This document shows, piece by piece, positions 56,538 to 64,000 of a stretch of 64,000 nt of DNA. The translations under genes and the position numbers were made by a program. This stretch comes from Candidatus Sumerlaeota bacterium (GTDB lineage Bacteria > Sumerlaeota > Sumerlaeia > Sumerlaeales > Sumerlaeaceae). Below the pieces are notes generated by a model that did no database searches, was not told the DNA's origin, and worked only from the letters and a program-made list of their open reading frames with translations. Each line of letters begins with the position of its first letter. Position 1 is the first letter of the stretch. The stretch is from positions 196,945 through 260,944 of the forward strand of contig JADFCV010000001.1 in assembly GCA_017161655.1 (NCBI GenBank), in the 5' to 3' direction.

Positions 56538-57721
56538 AATGGGAGAAGGAATTCTCTACACTGCGCGCCGAGATTCTTGGTCACCTCGATGACCCGAGGC
56601 TCACGCTCTCTCGCGTAGCTCTGCATCCTTTGGCGGACGACAGTTGCTTCACTGACGTGGCCCTTCGGATTTATGAATTCCAAAAGCGTCATAATTCGTT
56701 CTACAGGCGATACGTCGAGCTGACTGGCACCCCAAAGCCCCAGTCCTGGCGCGAAATTCCCGCTGTGTGGACAAATGCTTTCAAGCGAGCGCGGGTAGCT
56801 ACTTTTCCCAAGGGGCGGACCATTGCGTGTTTTCGCACAAGTGGCACCACAGAAGGCGAGGGAGGTGTGCACGAGTTTTGCGATCTGGAGCTTTATCGCA
56901 GGGCGGCGCTTTCTTTTTTCCGTACCGCACTCTTGCCGGACGATGTCCGACAAAAGATGCTCTTTCTCTCCCCACCGCCCGCCGATGCACCCCACAGTAG
57001 TCTCATATTTATGTTTGAGTCGGTTCGAAAAGCATTTGGAGCCACGGGCTCTCGGTATTTTTTCCGAAACGACGCCCTGGATACGAATGCTCTTTGTAGG
57101 TCGCTTAGCAATGCTTGCCGTACCGGCGAGCCGCTGTTCCTTCTAGGAACAGCTTTCGCTTTCGCATATCTTCTGCAGGACCTTGACAAGAGACAGTTAC
57201 GCTTCCAGCTGCCCCCAGGCAGTCGTATCATGGAAACAGGCGGATTCAAAGGTCGTGTAAAAGAGATTCCTCGCGACGAGTTCTACTTCCAACTTCAACA
57301 CGCTCTTGGGATTCCGCGGTCGCACATCGTGAATGAGTATGGGATGACGGAGCTCAGCTCCCAGTTCTACGATTGCGGTCTTGCCCTGACGTTGGCAGGA
57401 CGCCGAATTCCAGCAAGTGCGATGAGTGTCAAGGTTTGTCCGCCGTGGACTCGTGTGCTCATTGTTGACCCTGAAACCGGACGCGAAGTGCAAGTTGGCG
57501 CTCAAGGGCTCATACGCATTTATGATCTTGCGAATCTTGGTAGTGTTGTGGCGATTCAAACAGAGGACATCGGCGTGCGCCGCCGCGACGGCTTCGAGAT
57601 ATTAGGACGTGCTCCCTTAGCGCCGCCGCGGGGATGTTCGCTCGATGCCGAGAGATTAATACTGGGAGAATCGTCACATGAAACAATCGCCATTCGCAAA
57701 AGTCGAAGCCGCACCTCCTGA
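56534..57721 (+). CDS. luxE: Acyl-protein synthetase (LuxE family)
   Basis: FRTSGTT, METGGFKGR, NEYGMTELSSQ, DLAN..SV.AIQTED.G, GR....PRGCS with the C-terminal acyl-acceptor Cys. Confidence 0.88.
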   Translation: MKWEKEFSTLRAEILGHLDDPRLTLSRVALHPLADDSCFTDVALRIYEFQKRHNSFYRRYVELTGTPKPQSWREIPAVWTNAFKRARVATFPKGRTIACFRTSGTTEGEGGVHEFCDLELYRRAALSFFRTALLPDDVRQKMLFLSPPPADAPHSSLIFMFESVRKAFGATGSRYFFRNDALDTNALCRSLSNACRTGEPLFLLGTAFAFAYLLQDLDKRQLRFQLPPGSRIMETGGFKGRVKEIPRDEFYFQLQHALGIPRSHIVNEYGMTELSSQFYDCGLALTLAGRRIPASAMSVKVCPPWTRVLIVDPETGREVQVGAQGLIRIYDLANLGSVVAIQTEDIGVRRRDGFEILGRAPLAPPRGCSLDAERLILGESSHETIAIRKSRSRTS

Positions 57722-58886
57722 TCCCATTCTTGGTCTTACCGAGGCATTTAATGCCGACAAAAACCCAAATAAGGTAAACCTCGGCGTCGGCGTTTACCAG
57801 GACGAAAATGGGCGTGTACCTGTGCTTGCAACGGTTCGTGAAGCCGAGCGTCGCTGGTATGAGAAAGAAGACTCAAAATCCTATCTCCCGATTGATGGTG
57901 TGCCTGGTTACAACAAGGCTGTAAAAGAGCTCCTCTTCGGCGCAGGGGCGGAGATCGTCAATTCTGGCCGAGTGATTACAGTTCAGGCGCTTGGTGGAAC
58001 GGGCGCTCTTCGTGTAGGGGCAGATTTTCTTAGACGTTTTTTCCCGGAAGCGAAAGTGTGGATTAGCAATCCCTCCTGGGAAAACCATCGCGCTCTCTTT
58101 GAAGCGGCGGGATTCGAGGTAACGACGTATCCGTACTATGACGCGGCGACGCATGGGCTTGATTTCTCAGCCATGTTTGAGTGCGTAAAAAACATTCCCG
58201 ATGGTGACGTCTTGTTGCTCCATGCGTCATGTCACAATCCTACCGGTGTGGATTTATCCGAAGAGCAGTGGCATGAACTAGCAGATGTGCTAGCAAATAA
58301 ACAAATCATTCCGTTCCTAGATTTTGCTTATCAAGGATTCTATCGGGGCATAGAAGAAGATGCCTACGCGGTGCGACTCTTTGCGAACAAAGGACTGCAA
58401 TTCCTTGTCGCCAGCTCTTTTTCTAAAAACTTCTCGCTCTACCGCGAGCGAGTGGGAGCTTTGTCATTCGTAACGGCTGACGAAGAGGAGGCCAAACGCG
58501 TGCTGAGTCAGGTGAAACGGGTGATTCGCACGAATTGGTCGAACCCACCATCCCATGGCGCTCAGGTCGTGGCACTTGTCCTCAATGACCAGGAACTGCG
58601 TGCAGAGTGGGTTGAAGAAGTCGCGCAAATGCGCGACCGAATCCGTAAGATGCGGCATCTGTTCGTAACAAAACTGCGCGAGAAAGGAATCGATCGGGAC
58701 TTTGGCTTCATTGAGCGTCAGAATGGGATGTTCTCGTTCTCAGGGTTAGACGCACAGACTGTCGAGCGACTTCGAAGCGAATTCAGTCTCTACATTGTGC
58801 GAAGTGGCAGGATCTGTGTCGCAGCGATGAACGAGAAAAACATCGATTATATCTGCGATGCAATTGCCACCGTACTTAAGGGCTAG
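57678..58886 (+). CDS. aspC: Aspartate/aromatic aminotransferase (AspC/TyrB type)
   Basis: PPDPILGL, KVNLGVGVY, GGTGALR, CHNPTG, DFAYQGF, SFSKNFSLYRERVG, SGRI. Confidence 0.93.
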   Translation: MKQSPFAKVEAAPPDPILGLTEAFNADKNPNKVNLGVGVYQDENGRVPVLATVREAERRWYEKEDSKSYLPIDGVPGYNKAVKELLFGAGAEIVNSGRVITVQALGGTGALRVGADFLRRFFPEAKVWISNPSWENHRALFEAAGFEVTTYPYYDAATHGLDFSAMFECVKNIPDGDVLLLHASCHNPTGVDLSEEQWHELADVLANKQIIPFLDFAYQGFYRGIEEDAYAVRLFANKGLQFLVASSFSKNFSLYRERVGALSFVTADEEEAKRVLSQVKRVIRTNWSNPPSHGAQVVALVLNDQELRAEWVEEVAQMRDRIRKMRHLFVTKLREKGIDRDFGFIERQNGMFSFSGLDAQTVERLRSEFSLYIVRSGRICVAAMNEKNIDYICDAIATVLKG

Positions 58887-58950
58887 CTGCATCATATTCC
58901 CTGCGAGACTTCACCTTGCAGCAAAGAATGCACCAGCGTAGGACGCAAGT

Positions 58951-61900
58951 ATGACGTGGGATGAGGTGCTAGCGGAGGCGTGGACTGTTGCTCACACACC
59001 AGAGCAGCGCGAGTCTTTTGAGAGAACTTTATCAGCACTGAGAGAGCTCCCGCTTGGGCCAGAGTCCGTAAAAATGCTTCAGAGTCTGGTTCGCGCTATG
59101 CTCCGCACGCCTCATCCCGCAGGGGCGCTCAGCGCGCTGGAACGCTATTTGGAAGGTGCACCAGATCCCGATCGCTTCTTATCCCAACTTTGTCACACAC
59201 CGTCAGCGGGTGAGATTCTTGCTGCCGTGTTTGGATTTTCGGAGTTTCTTTCTAACGTGCTCATTCGTGAGCCAGAGTTACTCTGGTGGCTCGCTCAAGA
59301 TGAACAACTTCGATCCGACAAAACCCGCGACACCTTCTTTCACGAATCAGAGCGGTGTGTGGCATCTTGTGAGTCTGTGGAAGAACGACATGCTGCTCTC
59401 TGCGCTTGGAGGAATCGAGAACTTCTTCGCATTGGAGTCCGGGATGTCTTGCGTCTTGCCACCATTGAGCAAGTCACCCGGGAGATCTCCGATGTCGCCC
59501 ATGCGTGCATCCACATTGCAGCACAGTCAGCTTGGGATGAGATGGTCGCACGCTATGGGGAACCGCTGGTGGAGGGGGAGAGTGCGCCTAGTCATCCAGC
59601 GGGAATGTGTGTGCTTGGCATGGGGAAACTGGGTGGGCGGGAGCTCAATTTCTCTTCTGATATAGACCTCATTTTTATCTACGACGCAGAAGGTGAAACC
59701 ACGGGGCAAACATCATCCGGGAAAAAAGGACCTCGAATCTCCAATCATGAGTTCTTTAACAAGATGGGGGAGCGGATCGTAAGATTCCTGTCTGCTCGAG
59801 GTCCGGCCGGGTCACTGTTCCGCGTTGATATGCGCTTACGTCCTGAAGGCAAGTGTGGGCCATTGGCCCGCTCCTTCGAATCATTTTCGAACTATCTCGA
59901 GCAGCAGGCACGCGACTGGGAACGCCTGGCATATCTCAAAGCTCGTGTGCTCACAGGTCCCGCGCCACTCCGCGCCAGACTTTATCAAATCATGCAGCAC
60001 TTTGTGTACGAGAAAGCCGAGCCCCCGCGCATTCTCTCAGAAATCGAGAAACTAAAGCTGATGATAGACCGCGAAGTGTTGTTGAGCGACACATATCATC
60101 GCGAAGTCAAGCGGGGCTATGGTGGAATCCGGGAAATTGAGTTTATCATTGCGGCCATGCAGATCATCTATGGGCAGCAACATCCCGCTCTCCGCGTGCG
60201 CAATATTTTCCTGGCCATCGATAGGCTCGCGGACGTCAATGTGTTGCCCCGTTCAGAAGCGGATTTCTATCTTCACGCCTATGAATTTCTGCGTCTGGTC
60301 GAACACCGATTACAGATGGCCGCCGAGCATCAAACGCACACTCTGCCAGCTCGGGAAGATGAGCTCGAGATCTTGGCAAAGCGTTGCCACTTTTCGTCAT
60401 TATCTGAGTTTCAGCAAAAGTATCGCGAAATCACGGACGGTGTGCATGAGCGATTTGCTCGGTTCTTCGAACGAGACATTGAACAGGAGGCACGAGAACT
60501 CCAAGACGTCCTAGTGCTATTAGACGACGATGCCCCTCCGGAGGAGGGAATAGCAGTTCTCCAGCGATATGGCATCGGCACAGAGCAGTCGTTGCGGTTG
60601 ATTCGGGATTTGGCCCATGGCACCCGGGAGGTGTTTATCGCTGCGCAAGGGCAGCAGTTTTTTGAGCAAATGCTTCCTGCTCTTCTGCGTTTGATTGCGC
60701 GTGCGCCTTTACCCGAGCGCGTGCTTCCCCACTTTCACTCTTTTGTGCTAGCAGTACGTGGAATCACCTATTATTACGAACTCATCGCGCAGCATCCGGA
60801 CATTCTGCGCCTTCTTGTTCTGCTCTTCGGCACAAGTGATTATTATTCCGAAGTGCTCATTTCGCATCCCGAGTTCTTCGATACGATCTTGAGCTCACGT
60901 CTGGTTCATGAGCGTGGCACGCCACAGGCTGTCGCAAACCGTGTTCAGCAGATGGTAGGAGCCAGGGGGAGCTGGGAAAAACGTGCTGTTTCTTTGCGTC
61001 GTGCGATGAAATTCGAACAACTGCTCATCGCCCTACGGCATATCTTAAACTTGTGCGAGCTTCACGAAATCGTGGAAGAACTCTCAATCGTCGCCGATGT
61101 CGTGCTCCAGGTTGCTTTCGACTTGGCGTATGAGCGTTACTGTGAGCGCCGGGCAGGACCAGGTGTGGCAGTGCAGAAAGAAGAACGGGTTGAGCTACAT
61201 GCTGCCGCTCCAATAACACTCTTAGCCTTCGGTAAGTACGGGGGCAACGAGCTCAGCTTTTTTGGGGATCTTGACCTTGTTTATGTTTGGAGCGACAAGG
61301 GCGAGTCGGCTCATGAGACATTCCAAACAGCGGAACAAGCCCTTCAGTTTGTGGATCATTTCGTGTATACTGTGACGGAGAATTTACGTGAAGGACGCCT
61401 CTACTCGTTAGACGCACGTCTGCGGCCTCATGGTCGGAACTCGCCGCTAGTTACTCCGCTGAGTTATTATCTGGATTATCTCCGCACGGAAGCCGACGTG
61501 TGGGAACTGATGGCGTTCACGCGAACGCGTTGTGTCCTGGGCAATACGGCGATTCTCTCACAACTGACAGAGTGTGCGCTTGAGCGGCTCGCCAGTTTCT
61601 CCAGAGAAGAAATTCGCACCCGTGTCCTCCAGATGCGCAACCGTCTGGAACAAGCAGTCCCGGCGAGTGATAGAGCGCATCACGAATACAAGCGCAGTGC
61701 AGGGGGGCTTGTGGACATTGAATTCCTTTTCCAGTTCTGGGTGCTTAGTGGTCGGTTCCCATTCAGTGAAACGCAGGGTCGTTCATACCTTCGTATGTTA
61801 GCTGAAAGAAAGAGTTTTCCCCCGTGCAATGAACAAGACTGGAAAAGACTGCGGCACAACTACTGGTTTCTTCGTCGCCTAGATACAGCGGTGCGCTTAA

Positions 61901-62055
61901 TCGCCCGTGAGAGTGGCGGACGTATGCCCGCAGATCCCAGGATTCTTGAGGGGATCGCGCGGTTTCTTGGAGAAAGCAGTTCTGCAGAAATCATCCAGCA
62001 GTTGCGAGAGGTCCTGAGAGAAAACAGAGAGATCTTCACCAAGTACCTTTCGTAA
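58951..62055 (+). CDS. glnE: Glutamine synthetase adenylyltransferase / adenylyl-removing enzyme
   Basis: Two nucleotidyltransferase domains (GMGKLGGRELNFSSDIDL...DMRLRPEG and FGKYGGNEL...DLDL...DARLRPHG), each followed by a GGIREIEF/GGLVDIEF motif. Confidence 0.93.
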   Translation: MTWDEVLAEAWTVAHTPEQRESFERTLSALRELPLGPESVKMLQSLVRAMLRTPHPAGALSALERYLEGAPDPDRFLSQLCHTPSAGEILAAVFGFSEFLSNVLIREPELLWWLAQDEQLRSDKTRDTFFHESERCVASCESVEERHAALCAWRNRELLRIGVRDVLRLATIEQVTREISDVAHACIHIAAQSAWDEMVARYGEPLVEGESAPSHPAGMCVLGMGKLGGRELNFSSDIDLIFIYDAEGETTGQTSSGKKGPRISNHEFFNKMGERIVRFLSARGPAGSLFRVDMRLRPEGKCGPLARSFESFSNYLEQQARDWERLAYLKARVLTGPAPLRARLYQIMQHFVYEKAEPPRILSEIEKLKLMIDREVLLSDTYHREVKRGYGGIREIEFIIAAMQIIYGQQHPALRVRNIFLAIDRLADVNVLPRSEADFYLHAYEFLRLVEHRLQMAAEHQTHTLPAREDELEILAKRCHFSSLSEFQQKYREITDGVHERFARFFERDIEQEARELQDVLVLLDDDAPPEEGIAVLQRYGIGTEQSLRLIRDLAHGTREVFIAAQGQQFFEQMLPALLRLIARAPLPERVLPHFHSFVLAVRGITYYYELIAQHPDILRLLVLLFGTSDYYSEVLISHPEFFDTILSSRLVHERGTPQAVANRVQQMVGARGSWEKRAVSLRRAMKFEQLLIALRHILNLCELHEIVEELSIVADVVLQVAFDLAYERYCERRAGPGVAVQKEERVELHAAAPITLLAFGKYGGNELSFFGDLDLVYVWSDKGESAHETFQTAEQALQFVDHFVYTVTENLREGRLYSLDARLRPHGRNSPLVTPLSYYLDYLRTEADVWELMAFTRTRCVLGNTAILSQLTECALERLASFSREEIRTRVLQMRNRLEQAVPASDRAHHEYKRSAGGLVDIEFLFQFWVLSGRFPFSETQGRSYLRMLAERKSFPPCNEQDWKRLRHNYWFLRRLDTAVRLIARESGGRMPADPRILEGIARFLGESSSAEIIQQLREVLRENREIFTKYLS

Positions 62056-62075
62056 GGTGGAGAGATGTTTCTGAA

Positions 62076-62828
62076 ATGCAAAAAATCTTGCCAACGATCC
62101 TTCACCCGGCGCCAATGGTCTCCATGCAACACGAGAGAATAGACTACAGCGAGATTGTTTTACGTAGGTTACACTCCCTGACAGGACTCGTACCGCTAAC
62201 GCTCTTTATCTTCTTTCACCTTTTCGCGAACTCTTTTTCAACGAAAGGAGAAGAGGCGTTTAACGCCACCGTGGCTACGCTTCGAGGCTTGCCCTATCTC
62301 CATGCGATTGAATGGGGCGCCCTCTTTGCGCCTTTCTTGTTCCACATGTTTTATGGGCTCTGGGTCATATTTAGCGGAAAGCCGAATCCTTTGCGATTCA
62401 TATACCCCCGCAATTGGGCCTATTTTGCCCAACGGGTAACGGCAATCATAGTGTTTGTGTTCATATTCTATCATGTTATCAGCTTACGCTTCATGGATTG
62501 GCGGGCTATCGACGAGTCCGGAAAGCTGAACTTCTATCAGCTTCTTCACCGTGAATTTCAGAAACCTGTGATTTACTGGTGGTATGTTTTTGGCATTGCG
62601 TGCACTGCTTTCCACGTTGCGAACGGTGTGTGCACTTTTTGCATGACGTGGGGGATCACCATTGGACGCAAGGCACAACGCGGTCTTGCCTACGCAATGA
62701 CTGTTGTGGGGATTGGTCTCTTCGTGATGGGTGTGTCAGCGATTCACGGCTTCCTGGCGGGAGCGAATCCAGGGAAAGAAACACGAGTTCAAATCCAAAA
62801 AGTCGAGAGCCAACAAGCAACGCGTTAG
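62076..62828 (+). CDS. sdhC: Succinate dehydrogenase cytochrome b558 subunit (five-TM, diheme type)
   Basis: RRLHSLTGLVPL...FHL, PFLFH..YG, QR.TA....F..YH, FH.ANG...F..TWGI. Confidence 0.88.
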   Translation: MQKILPTILHPAPMVSMQHERIDYSEIVLRRLHSLTGLVPLTLFIFFHLFANSFSTKGEEAFNATVATLRGLPYLHAIEWGALFAPFLFHMFYGLWVIFSGKPNPLRFIYPRNWAYFAQRVTAIIVFVFIFYHVISLRFMDWRAIDESGKLNFYQLLHREFQKPVIYWWYVFGIACTAFHVANGVCTFCMTWGITIGRKAQRGLAYAMTVVGIGLFVMGVSAIHGFLAGANPGKETRVQIQKVESQQATR

Positions 62829-62853
62829 TCGATTTTATCGGAGAATGAAGAGA

Positions 62854-62885
62854 GGGGCGACGAGCATCGCCCCATTCTTTGTTTT
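62854..62885 (+). terminator. Probable terminator between the convergent sdhC and nfu genes
   Basis: GGGGCGA-CGAGCA-TCGCCCC followed by ATTCTTTGTTTT. Confidence 0.7.
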
Positions 62886-62906
62886 GGGTGGAACTTCAGT
62901 AGGTTG

Positions 62907-63218
62907 TTACGCCATTTCGACGCTCTTCACCTCAGGGACTTCTTCGATGATGCGTGCTTCTACTCCCATTTTCAGTGTATAAATCGAGCTTGGGCAGCCG
63001 CAGCAGGCACCCTGAAGCCGGACGTAAACCACAGCGTCTTCGACACCCACAAGTTCGATATCCCCACCGTCGGCCTGAAGATACGGACGCAGTTGTGCGA
63101 TGATGGGTTCGACGCGCGCTCGAATGTTCTCGTCCGCTGCTTTTGCCTCTTTTGGTTCTTCGAACGAGGTCTCACCCTGAGCCTTCTTGTCGGAGGGTTT
63201 CTTTCCAAAGATTGCCAT
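62907..63218 (-). CDS. NifU C-terminal / Nfu-type Fe-S carrier
   Basis: LRPYLQADGGDIELV...LQGACCGCPSS..TLK.GVE; AGGAG RBS. Confidence 0.92.
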   Translation of the reverse strand: MAIFGKKPSDKKAQGETSFEEPKEAKAADENIRARVEPIIAQLRPYLQADGGDIELVGVEDAVVYVRLQGACCGCPSSIYTLKMGVEARIIEEVPEVKSVEMA

Positions 63219-63248
63219 CGGTTTTCTCCTTCTAATGTGCTTTGGCAG

Positions 63249-64000
63249 TTAGTAGCCAGAGCCGCTGGCACTATTCAGTTTCGGGTTGTCCAAAACTTTG
63301 CGATAAATCTGGTGAAGCGTCTTGCACATCTTTTCTGCCGAGAAAAGATCGCGTGCTCGCTGTTGTGCCGCGTGCCCAAAACGCTTCCGCATATCGTGGT
63401 CAGATAGCAACCTATTGAGAGCACTGGCGAGAGCATGGGGATCGGCCGGAGAAACAACAAATCCCGTTACGCCGTGCTGGTTAATAAACGGAACACCTGT
63501 ATCAAGTGCAGTGCTCACCACCGGGAGACCACAGGCCATGGCTTCAATTTGACAAATACCGAAGGCCTCACTGCGCAGGTGCGATGGCAGACAGAAAACG
63601 TCCGCCGCATGAAGATAGCAAACGAGTTCGTCGTCACTGAGATCCCCAAGAAAATGAACGCGGGAATCAACGCCAGCTGTGTGTGCCTGCAACTGTAGAC
63701 GTTCCCGCTCTGGGCCCGTGCCTACGATGACAAGCTGCGCCGCGACGTTTCGCATGGCTTCGATGAGGAAGTGCAGTCCTTTATAGTAGCGGAGTCTTCC
63801 CACAAAAATAATGATAGGATCGTTTCCGAATCTGTTTCGAATTTCTACGGACGCTTTTTCCACCGCAGGCGTCTTTTGGAATCGTTCTAGGACAATGCCG
63901 AGTGGCACGACGTGACATTTGTCGCGATGTCTGCGTAACCAAGGTGAGCTCTCGATGTAATTTGGCGAGGTTGGCATAATAACAGCAGCAGCGCGCATCA
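63249..64000 (-). CDS. Glycosyltransferase family 4, C-terminal part (starts beyond the window end)
   Basis: FVGRLRYYKGL, LPSHLRSEAFGICQIEAMACG. Confidence 0.9.
   Translation of the reverse strand, partial: MRAAAVIMPTSPNYIESSPWLRRHRDKCHVVPLGIVLERFQKTPAVEKASVEIRNRFGNDPIIIFVGRLRYYKGLHFLIEAMRNVAAQLVIVGTGPERERLQLQAHTAGVDSRVHFLGDLSDDELVCYLHAADVFCLPSHLRSEAFGICQIEAMACGLPVVSTALDTGVPFINQHGVTGFVVSPADPHALASALNRLLSDHDMRKRFGHAAQQRARDLFSAEKMCKTLHQIYRKVLDNPKLNSASGSGY

Noticed and set aside
48487..57721. Bioluminescence operon
   Set aside because: luxA, luxB, luxD and luxG are absent from the window, and luxC and luxE are on opposite strands in different gene runs.

Overview
Gene-dense bacterial chromosome segment of moderate GC from a diderm organism (secretin, lipoproteins, MltG). 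The gene mix and one C-terminal tail motif remind me of Sumerlaeota (BRC1), but that is unverified. Most of the window is housekeeping: partial alaS, nadC, valS, 2-oxoacid:ferredoxin oxidoreductase alpha/beta, tmRNA, yebC, ribE/ribBA, psd/pssA, mltG, dGTPase, aspC-type aminotransferase, glnE, a lone sdhC and nfu. It also has several signalling proteins (two histidine kinases, two sigma-54 activators, two FHA proteins) and surface-glycan enzymes. I found no mobile element, prophage or CRISPR array. The most unusual content is a divergent type IV filament / type II secretion-like system: a PilB ATPase with a degenerate MshEN domain followed by a tandem-FHA membrane protein, a PilM-PilN fusion, a TPR-bearing membrane protein in place of PilO/P, and a ~1500-aa secretin with dispersed TPRs, four N-domains and a GGTTT repeat in the predicted gate loop. 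A shared TGAC-N7-GTCA palindrome precedes pilMN and the secretin. Nearby is a GspG-like pseudopilin head lacking a canonical prepilin leader, fused to an IPT/TIG-like domain and a DWxxY tail that may be a sorting signal. Also notable are a bioU (suicide-enzyme route of biotin synthesis) and split luxC/luxE genes flanking rib genes with no luciferase. All product calls come from motif recognition by eye; no searches were run.
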